In this document: in pieces, positions 1 to 10,397 of the stretch | How positions within the stretch are numbered: position 1 is the stretch's first letter | Layout: each line of letters opens with the position of its first letter | Assembly: GCA_963716865.1 (NCBI GenBank) | Contig: CAVQUF010000002.1 | Span: 86,316-150,315, forward strand | Source of the DNA: an uncultured Actinomycetes bacterium | Lineage (GTDB): Bacteria > Actinomycetota > Thermoleophilia > Gaiellales > Gaiellaceae | DNA: 64,000 nt | Reading direction: 5' to 3' | The notes under the pieces: generated by a model | Seen by the model: the letters and a program-made list of their open reading frames with translations, nothing else | Database searches by the model: none | Told to the model about the DNA's origin: nothing | Position numbers and translations under genes: made by a program

Positions 1-1
1 C

Positions 2-1021
2 ATCACGGTGCAGCTGGTTCTGACGCCGGACTGGCCCGCTGCGGGGATCCCCGATGCGCTCGGCGGAGGTCCGGTGATCGTCCGGAACGGCAAGGCCGTC
101 TACACCGCGGGGGAGGACTTCCTGCCGTCGCAGCTCGCCCCGCGCGACCCGCGCACCGGGATCGGGCAGCGCAAGGACGGCAAGATCGTCATGGTCGCGG
201 TGGACGGGCGGCGCCGTGGCTACAGCGTGGGCCTCACGAACTTCGAGCTCGCCCAGGCGCTCGTCCGTCTCGGCGCCGTCACCGGCTCGGCGCTCGACGC
301 CGGCGGCTCGACCACGATGGCGTTCGACGGCAAGCTCCTGAACCGCCCGTCTGACGCCGGCGGAGAGCGCTCGGTCAAGGAGATGCTCGCGATCATGTAC
401 GCCGGGGTATACGCCGCGCCGCCTGCGTTCCCGGTGATCTCGCCCAACGGAGACGGGACGGCCGAGCGGCAGACGCTCTCGTTCAAGCTCGTCCGCACCT
501 CGACGGTCACCGCCAATCTGATCGACGCCAGCGGCACGAGCGTCTACAGCGTCACGGGCAGCCGCGCGCCCGGGATCTACAAGGTCACCTGGCCGAGCAG
601 CATGACCGCGAAGCGGCAGGCCCAGGAATCGCTCGGGCGCTGGCGCTGGGTCGTGAACGCCACGGACGACCTCGCGCGGCAGTCGTCGGTGGAGCGCTCG
701 TTCTGGGTCAACGACACGCTCGGCTTCCTCGGCGTCGCGCCGCGGTCGGTACGGCTCGGCCCCGGGCGGGCGAACCGCGTCGTCGCCCGCTTCCGGCTTG
801 CGCATCCCGCGCGCGTGATCGGCTCGGTCTGGACGAGCTCGGGCGTGCTCGTGCGCCGGATCGGCGCGGTCAAGATGAAGGCGGGGATGCGGGCCGTGCG
901 CTGGAACGGCCGCTACGCGAGCGGGCACCTCGCCTACCGCGGCAGCTACCTGTTCAAGGTCTATGCGCAGAACGCCTACGGGCCGGTCGAGCTGGCGAAG
1001 TCGTTCGGCGTCCGCCGCTAG
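2..1021 (+). CDS. Phosphodiester glycosidase (NAGPA/DUF2233-type) domain protein with C-terminal FlgD-Ig-like domains; 5' end lies outside the window
   Basis: Track ORF 8..1021 stays open back to nt 2. GIGQRKDGKIVMVAVDGRRRGYSVGLTNFELAQALVRLGAVTGSALDAGGSTTM fits the NAGPA family pattern. ISPNGDGTAE and GSYLFKVYAQNAYG segments resemble FlgD-Ig folds. Confidence 0.6.
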   Translation: MTVQLVLTPDWPAAGIPDALGGGPVIVRNGKAVYTAGEDFLPSQLAPRDPRTGIGQRKDGKIVMVAVDGRRRGYSVGLTNFELAQALVRLGAVTGSALDAGGSTTMAFDGKLLNRPSDAGGERSVKEMLAIMYAGVYAAPPAFPVISPNGDGTAERQTLSFKLVRTSTVTANLIDASGTSVYSVTGSRAPGIYKVTWPSSMTAKRQAQESLGRWRWVVNATDDLARQSSVERSFWVNDTLGFLGVAPRSVRLGPGRANRVVARFRLAHPARVIGSVWTSSGVLVRRIGAVKMKAGMRAVRWNGRYASGHLAYRGSYLFKVYAQNAYGPVELAKSFGVRR

Positions 1022-1031
1022 GGACTAAGAC

Positions 1032-1090
1032 GGCCGCACCGGCAAAGCAGGCACGGCCTCTTTGGTCGGCGTCGCAAGCGAGCGCCTTAG
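1032..1090 (+). repeat. Repeat family B, copy 1 (59-nt structured intergenic repeat)
   Basis: GGCCGCACCGGCAAAGCAGGCACGGCCTCTTTGGTCGGCGTCGCAAGCGAGCGCCTTAG. It is 56/59 identical to 4996..5054 and lies between the stop at 1021 and the GTG at 1108. Confidence 0.8.
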
Positions 1091-1107
1091 GACCGTAGAC
1101 TCGGCGC

Positions 1108-1749
1108 GTGCTCGCGTCGCTGACGGGCTCGATCACCTCGTTCGTCGGAAACCACGGGCTCTACGCGGTGTTCCTGTTGATGGCGATCGACGCCGTCTTC
1201 CCCGCTGCGAGCGAGCTCGTGATGGTCTACGCGGGCGCACTCGCGTCCGGCGCCTTCGCCGGTCAGCACGTGGTGCTGTTCGGGAACGACGTGACAACCC
1301 CGTTCTGGGCGTACGTCGCCGTCTCGCTCGCTGGCACGCTCGGCTACCTGTTCGGATCGGAGGTCGGCTGGGCGATCGGCTGGAAGGGCGGGAGGCCGCT
1401 GGCCGAGCGGCACGGAGGTTGGCTGCACCTCGGCCCCGAGCGGCTCGCGCGTGCCGAGCGCTGGTTCGAGCGCTGGGACGACTGGGCGGTGGCCCTCGGC
1501 CGGATCGTGCCGGTCGTCCGCTCGTTCATCTCCATCCCGGCCGGGATCTTCCGGATGCCGCTCGGCCGCTACACGCTGCTGACGATCCCGGGCTCGGCTC
1601 TGTGGTGCTTCGCCTTCGCCGGGATCGGCTGGGCGCTCGGGGCCAGCTACGAGAGCTTCCACCACGCGTTCGACTTCGTGGACGTCGTGATCGTGGCAGG
1701 AGCCGTTGCGCTCGCGCTGTATCTGGTAGCGCGGCGACGCTCAAACTAG
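1108..1749 (+). CDS. DedA/SNARE-associated family membrane protein
   Basis: 213 aa, multi-TM. VFLLMAIDAVFPAASELVMVYAG and RIVPVVRSFISIPAG segments are typical of DedA proteins. Confidence 0.85.
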   Translation: MLASLTGSITSFVGNHGLYAVFLLMAIDAVFPAASELVMVYAGALASGAFAGQHVVLFGNDVTTPFWAYVAVSLAGTLGYLFGSEVGWAIGWKGGRPLAERHGGWLHLGPERLARAERWFERWDDWAVALGRIVPVVRSFISIPAGIFRMPLGRYTLLTIPGSALWCFAFAGIGWALGASYESFHHAFDFVDVVIVAGAVALALYLVARRRSN

Positions 1750-1924
1750 TGCCCCATCCAGCAACACATACCGGCTTCTGGCCCGCGATCACACGGCGCG
1801 AGATCCCACCCTTGCCCTTGGCAAGGCAGTCAAGCCTTGCCGCGGGCAAGTGCGAACTCCGGCTTGGTGCTCGCAGCCCAGAAACTCAGCTGTGCTCCTG
1901 GACGGGGCACTAGACTCAAGCCCC

Positions 1925-3006
1925 GTGCCCGATTCCATCCCTCTCGTCGACGTCAAGGCGCAGTACGAGCACCTGATTCCCCAGATCCAGGCGCGAATCG
2001 GGGAGGTGCTCGACTCGGGCGTCTTCATCCTCGGGCCGAACGTCAAGGCGTTCGAGGCCGAGGCCGCCGACTACCTCGGAGTGCCCCGGACCGTCGGCGT
2101 CGCGAACGGGACCGACGCGCTCGTGCTCGCGCTCGACGCGCTCGGAATAGGCCCGGAGGACGAGGTGATCTGCCCCGCGTTCACGTTCTACGCGACCGCA
2201 GAGGCGATCGCGCGGCGAGGCGCGACGCCGGTGTTCGCGGACATCGATCCGGTCACGCTCAACCTCGACCCGGAGGACGTCGCCGCGAAGGTCACGTCGA
2301 GAACGAGGGCGCTGATGCCGGTGCACCTGTTCGGTCGGCTGATGCCGCTCACGGCGCTCGAGGAGCTCGGCGTGCCGATCGTCGAGGACGCCGCGCAGGC
2401 CTTCGGGGCCGAGGGCGCCGCGCGCACCGGCGTGCTCTCGACGTTCAGCTTCTTCCCGACCAAGAACCTGTTCGGCCTCGGGGACGGCGGTCTCGTCGCC
2501 GCGAACGACGAGGCGCTCGCGGACCGGATCGCGCTGCTGCGCTTCCACGGCTCGCGCGAGAAGAAGGAGTTCGAGGCGGTCGGCTACAACTCGCGCCTCG
2601 ACGAGCTCCAGGCGGCCGTGCTGCGGCTCTTCCTCGGCGAGCTCGACGGGTGGACGCAGGCCCGGCGCGACGCGGCCGTGCGCTACGAGGAGCTCGGCCT
2701 CGGCTCGCTTTGCGAGCTACCGCCCGACGAGTCCGCGCACGTCTACCACATGTACGTCGTCCGCTCGACCGAGCGGGACCGCCTCGCAGAGGCGCTCGCG
2801 ACGGCCGGGATCGGGCACGCGTCCTACTACGTGACCCCGCTCCACCTCCAGCCGGCGCTTCGCTACCTGGGCTGGAAGGAGGGGTCGCTGCCGGAGACCG
2901 AGCGGGCGTCGCGCGAGAACCTTGCGCTCCCGATGTGGGCCGGCATCCCGGCCGAGACGCAGGAGCGGGTCGTCTCCGTGATCCGCGAGGCCGCGGCGGT
3001 ACGCGC

Positions 3007-3010
<4 letters not shown>
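1925..3010 (+). CDS. DegT/DnrJ/EryC1/StrS-family PLP-dependent sugar aminotransferase
   Basis: ILGPNVKAFEAEAADYLG, VANGTDALVLAL and FSFFPTKNL (PLP lysine context). The track ORF starts at 1850; the GTG at 1925 (VPDSIPLVDVK) fits the family N-terminus better. Confidence 0.9.
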
Positions 3011-4908
<1,898 letters not shown>

Positions 4909-4995
4909 GCCCGTCCGCGTCCAGGGCTAGGGTGGCTTCGCGGCCATCTCACTAGGAGGGCAAGATCGTTCTGCATCCCAAACGGTGCGTCCGAC

Positions 4996-5054
4996 GGTCG
5001 CACCGGCAAAGCCGGCACGACCTCTTTGGTCGGCGTCGCAAGCGAGCGCCTTAG
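4996..5054 (+). repeat. Repeat family B, copy 2
   Basis: GGTCGCACCGGCAAAGCCGGCACGACCTCTTTGGTCGGCGTCGCAAGCGAGCGCCTTAG. Two of the 3 differences from copy 1 are a compensatory pair (GGCCG..CGGCC versus GGTCG..CGACC). Confidence 0.8.
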
Positions 5055-6931
5055 TGGACGCGGGCGCGGGGGCGATTCTCGGCGGGCTGAACCCCGAGCA
5101 ACGCCGGGCGGCGGAGGCCGTGCGCGGCCCCGTCTGCATCCTCGCCGGCGCGGGCTCGGGGAAGACGACCACGATCACGCGGCGGATCGCGTGGCAGGTC
5201 GCGTCGGGCGCGGTTCGCTCACAGGAGATCCTGGCCGTCACGTTCACGGACAAGGCGGCGACCGAGATGCGCGGCCGGCTCGAGCGGCTCGGTGTGGAGG
5301 GGGTCGAGGCGCGGACGTTCCACTCGGCGGCGCTTGCGCAGCTGCGGCGGGCCCGCGGCGAGGGGCCGGGGCGGATCCTCTCGACGAAGGCGCTGCTGCT
5401 GCGCCAGGTCGGGAACACGCTGCCGCGCCCCTATCGCTTCCGGCCCGCGGGCGACCTCGCGACCGAGGTCGAGTGGGCGAAGAACCGCCGCCTGACGCCG
5501 GAGACCTACCGGCGCGGGCTGGGCGGCCACGAGCCTCCGATCCCGGCCGACCTGATGGAGCGCGTCTTCCGCGAGTACGAGCGGCGGAAGGCGGCGGCCG
5601 GGCTCATCGACTTCGAGGACCTGCTCGAGCTCGCGGTGCGGATGTACGAGGAGGACGAGTGGGCGCTGGCCGCGCTGCGAGAGCGCTATCTCGCGTTCAC
5701 CGTGGACGAGTACCAGGACGTGAACCTGCTGCAGCAGTCGCTGCTCGAGCTCTGGCTGGGCGGGAGCGAGGAGATCTGCGCGGTCGGAGACGACTACCAG
5801 TCGATCTACGGGTTCACCGGCGCGTCGCCGGAGTGGCTGCTCGGCCTCGAGCGCCGCTTCCCGAATGCGACGGTCGTGAGGCTCGAGTCCAACTACCGCT
5901 CGTCGCCGGAGGTCCTCGCGCTCGCGAACCGCCTCGTGCCGCGGCTCGGCGGCGCCGAGAAGACGCTGCGGCCGACGCGGCCCTCGGGGGCCGAGCCGGT
6001 CGTCCGCGGATTCGACTCGCCCGAGGACGAGGGCGCGTTCGTGCTCGAGCGGGTCCGGGCTCTCGCCGCCGAGGGCGTTCCGTACGAGGAGATGGCCGTG
6101 CTGATGCGCCTGAACGCGCGCTCTGTCGACTTCGAGGAGCTCTTCGGCGACACGAAGATCCCGTTCCAGGGCTCGGCGCTCCTCTCGCGCGACGGTGCGA
6201 GGCAGCTCCTGAAAGCGCTCCGCGGCAGCTATCGCTTTGAGTTACCGCTGGCCGAGGAGGTGCGGCGCGTCGCACGCGAGCAGGGCATGGCCGATCCCGT
6301 GCCCGACGGCGTGGGCGAGCGCGAGCTCGTGCGCCAGGCCGACCTCGCGCGACTTTGCAAGCTGGCCGAGGAGTTCGACGACGGCTCGCACACGGTCGAG
6401 GAGTGGGTCGAGTGGCTCCGGGCGCGTTTCGACCACGGGGCGCAGGGCGGCGTGCACCTGCTGACGCTCCATCGGGCGAAGGGCCTCGAGTTCGAGGCCG
6501 TTTTCATCCCGCGGGTCGAGGAGAAGGAGCTCCCGTGCAAGCAGGCCATGCGGCTCCCCGGTGCGCTGGCGGAAGAGCGGCGCCTGCTCTACGTCGGGAT
6601 GACCCGGGCGAAGCGGCACCTCGCGCTGACCTGGGCCGGGAAGCCGAGCCGCTTCCTGGCCGAGCTCGGCGTCGAGGCCGCGCCGCCCCCGCGCAAAGAG
6701 CGCGCGGAGGAATCGAGCGACCCGACGTACCTCGCGCTCAAGCGCTGGCGCCGGGAGCGGGCGAAGAACGACGAGATTCCCGCGTACGTCGTCTTCCACA
6801 ATTCGACCCTGGCCGAGATCGCAACGCGGCGGCCAACGACGATCACGGAGCTCGCGTCAGTGCCGGGCGTCGGGCCGACAAAGCTTGAGCGCTACGGTTC
6901 AGAGGTGCTTTCTACCCTCTCCGCTGCGTGA
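5054..6931 (+). CDS. UvrD/PcrA-family ATP-dependent DNA helicase with C-terminal HRDC-like domain
   Basis: AGAGSGKTTT (Walker A), TVDEYQDVN, LLTLHRAKGLEF, LLYVGMTRAK. The C-terminus YVVFHNSTLAEIA...VPGVGPTKLERYG is HRDC-like. Start placed at GTG 5054, right after repeat B (track start 4985); the start is uncertain. Confidence 0.85.
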   Translation: MDAGAGAILGGLNPEQRRAAEAVRGPVCILAGAGSGKTTTITRRIAWQVASGAVRSQEILAVTFTDKAATEMRGRLERLGVEGVEARTFHSAALAQLRRARGEGPGRILSTKALLLRQVGNTLPRPYRFRPAGDLATEVEWAKNRRLTPETYRRGLGGHEPPIPADLMERVFREYERRKAAAGLIDFEDLLELAVRMYEEDEWALAALRERYLAFTVDEYQDVNLLQQSLLELWLGGSEEICAVGDDYQSIYGFTGASPEWLLGLERRFPNATVVRLESNYRSSPEVLALANRLVPRLGGAEKTLRPTRPSGAEPVVRGFDSPEDEGAFVLERVRALAAEGVPYEEMAVLMRLNARSVDFEELFGDTKIPFQGSALLSRDGARQLLKALRGSYRFELPLAEEVRRVAREQGMADPVPDGVGERELVRQADLARLCKLAEEFDDGSHTVEEWVEWLRARFDHGAQGGVHLLTLHRAKGLEFEAVFIPRVEEKELPCKQAMRLPGALAEERRLLYVGMTRAKRHLALTWAGKPSRFLAELGVEAAPPPRKERAEESSDPTYLALKRWRRERAKNDEIPAYVVFHNSTLAEIATRRPTTITELASVPGVGPTKLERYGSEVLSTLSAA

Positions 6932-6944
6932 TGCCAGGTAGCTA

Positions 6945-7073
6945 AGTAACAGACTGTTACTAAGTCGCTCCGACCGAAGTTGCGACGGCGACGAGCGGTC
7001 GAAGCAGCCCTCCGCCAGGAGTGCGCGATTGCGCAGGCGATCGCAGAGATCCTCCAAGTAACAGTCTGTTGCT
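6945..7073. repeat. Repeat family C, doublet 1: AGTAACAGACTGTTACT (6945..6961) and AGTAACAGTCTGTTGCT (7057..7073) flanking a 95-nt GC-rich spacer
   Basis: Read directly. These are AT-rich palindromes in a GC-rich background, in the 155-nt gap between convergent genes ending at 6931 and 7087. Confidence 0.8.
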
Positions 7074-7086
7074 AAGTGCGGTCTGC

Positions 7087-8115
7087 CTAGACCGTTGGAT
7101 CGTCTGGCCGTGACTGGGCGGAGAGCAGGAGGTTCAGCATCAGCGCCGGGTCGCGGCGAACGCGCTCGCCCGGTCCCTCGCGCTTGCGCAGGTCGAGCGC
7201 GCGCGGGTCGGAGAGCGGGATCAAGCGCCCTTCGCGGATCAGCAGCTCGTCCACGCCGCCGAGCCTCCCGCCGTACGTCGTGTAGACCGGCACGCCGAGG
7301 GCGACCGCCTCGCGATTCATCGTCCCGCCGGCCGAGACGACGAGGTCGGCCAGCGCGATCAGGCTCTGGCCGTCGACCGCCCGGTCGGGCACCTGGACGG
7401 AGGGCAGGCGGAGGCCGCGTACGAAGTCGCGCTGCTCCGGCGTGCGCGGCAGGACGATCGCGTGCACCGAGTCGTCGCGGCCGAGGTGGTCGAGCACCTG
7501 CGGGAAGAGCGGGTTCGAGCGGCGGTGGTACAGCGAGACGTCGGGCGGAGTGCGCACGACGACGAGCGTCCTAGCCGGGTCGATCTCGAACTGCGCGAGC
7601 GCCGTCGGGTCGGGCTCGAAGTCGGCGAGGTAGTACTCCTCCTTCAGGCCGGCGTACTGGCGCAGCTTCGGCGGCTTCACGCCGTAACGCTGGAGCCGCT
7701 CGGGCGGGATCGCCTCGGGCACGACCACGCGCGTCGCCGCCCGGCAGCCGAGCTGGTGCTGGAGCCAGGCGAACTCGTAGTCGAACGTGGTCGCGCTCGG
7801 GATCCCGAGCCGCCGCGCGGTGAGGGTCAGCTCGTGCGAGCCGTGCGCGAGCGCGACGTCGAAGCGCCGCCCGCGCGCCCAGCCGCGGAGCGCGTGCATG
7901 CGGGAGCCGAGAGAGCGCGCCTTGCCCAGCCGCGAGCGCCCGCCGTGACGGCCGAGCACGTCCGCCTCGATCCCGTGGAGCTCGAGCAGCTGCACCGTCT
8001 GCGCGTAGTCGCGGGAGGTGACCTCGATCTCCGCGCCGCGCTCGCGGAGTAGCGGGATCAGCGGCCGGAAGACCAGCACGTGGGCCGGCGCGGTGATGTC
8101 GATCCAGACCCTCAG
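7087..8115 (-). CDS. DUF354-family protein (UDP-GlcNAc 2-epimerase-like fold, glycan-locus associated)
   Basis: VWIDITAPAHVLVFRPLIPLLRERGAEIEVTSRDYAQT...GIPSATTFDYEFA matches the DUF354 N-terminal pattern. Family-consistent start is the CTG at 8115, overlapping the upstream stop (CTGA). The track ORF extends to GTG 8205. Confidence 0.65.
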   Translation of the reverse strand: MRVWIDITAPAHVLVFRPLIPLLRERGAEIEVTSRDYAQTVQLLELHGIEADVLGRHGGRSRLGKARSLGSRMHALRGWARGRRFDVALAHGSHELTLTARRLGIPSATTFDYEFAWLQHQLGCRAATRVVVPEAIPPERLQRYGVKPPKLRQYAGLKEEYYLADFEPDPTALAQFEIDPARTLVVVRTPPDVSLYHRRSNPLFPQVLDHLGRDDSVHAIVLPRTPEQRDFVRGLRLPSVQVPDRAVDGQSLIALADLVVSAGGTMNREAVALGVPVYTTYGGRLGGVDELLIREGRLIPLSDPRALDLRKREGPGERVRRDPALMLNLLLSAQSRPDDPTV

Positions 8116-8486
8116 AGCCTCTCCACCACGCGGAAGCGGATGGCGGAGATGAGCGTGTCCGGCTCGATCGTGCGCTCGAAGAACCGCTCGTGCGCCTCGT
8201 GCCACTCCTCCACCGACTCGAAGCCCTCACCCTCGTCCCGCGCGAACTGCAAGTCGACCTCGGACGCCGGGATCACGCGGACCTCCGTCACCTCGACGAT
8301 CGCCCTGGCGACGCCCTCCGCGTCCTCGACCACGAACCGGTCGCCGGCGTCGGGGGTGGGATCGTCCTCGAAGACTCCGTGGAGGCCCGCGGTGGCGGTC
8401 TTCTCGCCAGCGAGCACGGCCTCGACGAGCTGCTGCCGAAGCTCGGTTCCGGGGTAGCCGAGCCCGAACTCGGGCAGATCGCTCAG
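8112..8486 (-). CDS. ASCH (PUA-like) domain protein
   Basis: EGEGFESVEEWHEAHERFF and AVLAGEKTATAG are ASCH-like. The track ORF (8112..8417) lacks the usual N-terminus. The in-frame CTG at 8486 overlaps the asnB stop (CTGA) and restores LSDLPEFGLGYPGTELRQQLVEAVL. Confidence 0.55.
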   Translation of the reverse strand: MSDLPEFGLGYPGTELRQQLVEAVLAGEKTATAGLHGVFEDDPTPDAGDRFVVEDAEGVARAIVEVTEVRVIPASEVDLQFARDEGEGFESVEEWHEAHERFFERTIEPDTLISAIRFRVVERL

Positions 8487-10372
8487 TGGACGAGCGCCTC
8501 CAGGCGCGGTTCGCGCAGCGGCCCCGGCTCCCGCTCGACGTGGCGCTCGTGCCAGAGCGTGAACGAGAGCAGGCCCCAGAGCTGGCGCGAGAGATCCTCC
8601 TCGCCCGCGACGTGCCGGTCGAGCAGGCGCCCGACCGCCTCAGGCCGGAAGAACCCCTGTCTGCGCAGCGTCTCGGCCGAGAGCGTCTCGCGGGCGAACG
8701 GCTCCAGCTCGCCGCGCAGCCAGGCGGCTGCCGGGATCGAGAAGCCGCGCTTCTTGCCGCCGACGATCTCCTTCGGCAGGAGGGGCGCGACGGCCTTGCG
8801 GAGCAGCACCTTCTTGCGGAAGCCCCGCACGCGCTGTTTCGTCGGCAGCGCGAGCGCGAGGTTCGTCACCGCCGGGTCGAGGTAGGGCACGCGGGCCTCG
8901 AGCGAGTGCGCCATCGACGCGCGGTCGGTCTTCACCAGCAGGTCGTCGACGAGGTAGAGCCCGAGGTCGACGTCCTGGAGGCGCGCGAGCAGCTCGGCAT
9001 CCTCGGTCTCCACGAAGCGCGCGCGGTAAAGGTCGACCGGGTCGAAGCCGTGGTCACGGCCCGTGAGCTCCGCGCGGGCCTCGGGCGAGAAGATCTCCTT
9101 CCAGGCGTGATGGCGCTCGAGGGGCGGCAGGTGGGCCGCGCGGACGAAGCGCTTGGCCTTGTAGTCGAAGCTCGCCCGCGCGCTCGAGCTCGGCAGCCGC
9201 TCCACGACCGGCCGCGCCAGGCCGGCGGCCCAGCCGGCCCGGAGCGCGAGCAGGTCGGCGACATACGTGTAGTAGCCGCCGAAGAGCTCGTCGCCGCCCT
9301 CGCCGGAGAGCGCCACCTTCACGTCCTGCGCCGCCAGCTGAGAGACCAGGTAGGTCGGGAGCGCGGACGAGTCCGCGAACGGCTCGTCGAAGGCCTCGGC
9401 GAGCGCCGGCAGGAGCAGCGCGGCATCGGGCCGGAGGACCAGCTCACGATGGAGCGTCCCGTAGCGGTCGGCGACGAGCCGGGCGCCGGCCAGCTCGTCG
9501 AAGGAGCGCTCCTCGAAGCCGATCGAGAACGTGCGCACCGCCTCGGAGCTCTCCTCCGCCGCGAGCGCGGCCAGCGTGGCCGAGTCGACCCCGCCCGAGA
9601 GGAGGACGCCGACGGGGACGTCGGAGACGAGGTGAGCCCGAACGGAGTCGCGCAACCGCGCGCGGAGCTCCTCGATCAGCTCGGCCTCGTCATCGCCGCG
9701 CAGCGCTTCGGCGGCCGCCGGAGCCGGCCGCGCGTAGCGCTCGAGTCTTGTCTTTCCGTTCTCCCAGACCAGCAGATGGCCGGGCGGGAGCTTGCGCGCG
9801 TCGCGGAAGATCGTCAGCGGCGCGGGGATTGAGTTGAACGCGAGGAACGCCTCGAGCGCGTCGAGGTCGATCTCGCCGCGCGGGAGCGCGCGCAGCTCCG
9901 ACGCGAACTCGAGCGCGTCGCCGTTCGACCGGTAGTAGAGCGGCTTGATCCCGTACCGGTCGCGGGCGAGGACGAGGCGCCGCCGCGGCGCGTCCCAGAG
10001 CGCGACGGCGAACATCCCGCGAAGGCGACGCGCGAAGTCGAGCCCTTCCTGCTCGTAGAGGTGGACGAGCACCTCCGTGTCGCCGTGCGAGCGGAAGCCG
10101 TGGCCGGCGCGCTCGAGCTCGGCGCGCAGCTCGCGGTAGTTGTAGAGCTCGCCGTTCTGGACGACGTGGATCGTCGAGTCCTCGTTCGCGAGCGGCTGGT
10201 CGCCGGTCTCGAGGTCGATGATCGCGAGGCGGCGGGCGGCGAGGGCGACGCCTCCGTCTACGAACGAGCCGTCGCTGTCAGGCCCGCGGTGGACGAGCTT
10301 GGCGCTCATCCGCGCCAGCCGTTCGGGGTCGACGGGACCCGCCGAGGAGACGATCCCGCAGATCCCGCACAC
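8483..10372 (-). CDS. asnB: Asparagine synthase (glutamine-hydrolysing) / AsnB-type amidotransferase
   Basis: MCGICG Ntn-cysteine start and PP-loop LLSGGVDSA; 629 aa. Confidence 0.95.
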   Translation of the reverse strand: MCGICGIVSSAGPVDPERLARMSAKLVHRGPDSDGSFVDGGVALAARRLAIIDLETGDQPLANEDSTIHVVQNGELYNYRELRAELERAGHGFRSHGDTEVLVHLYEQEGLDFARRLRGMFAVALWDAPRRRLVLARDRYGIKPLYYRSNGDALEFASELRALPRGEIDLDALEAFLAFNSIPAPLTIFRDARKLPPGHLLVWENGKTRLERYARPAPAAAEALRGDDEAELIEELRARLRDSVRAHLVSDVPVGVLLSGGVDSATLAALAAEESSEAVRTFSIGFEERSFDELAGARLVADRYGTLHRELVLRPDAALLLPALAEAFDEPFADSSALPTYLVSQLAAQDVKVALSGEGGDELFGGYYTYVADLLALRAGWAAGLARPVVERLPSSSARASFDYKAKRFVRAAHLPPLERHHAWKEIFSPEARAELTGRDHGFDPVDLYRARFVETEDAELLARLQDVDLGLYLVDDLLVKTDRASMAHSLEARVPYLDPAVTNLALALPTKQRVRGFRKKVLLRKAVAPLLPKEIVGGKKRGFSIPAAAWLRGELEPFARETLSAETLRRQGFFRPEAVGRLLDRHVAGEEDLSRQLWGLLSFTLWHERHVEREPGPLREPRLEALVH

Positions 10373-10397
10373 GCGCCGGAGTGTAGTGCCCCGTCCG

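Noticed and set aside
6945-7073. The family C palindrome as a LexA/SOS box, because it lies next to a UvrD-like helicase.
   Set aside because: It lies downstream of the helicase, between convergent 3' ends. ACAG-N-CTGT does not match the actinobacterial or Gram-positive SOS box (TCGAAC-N4-GTTCGA type) or the E. coli CTGT-N8-ACAG box. Other copies sit in unrelated contexts.
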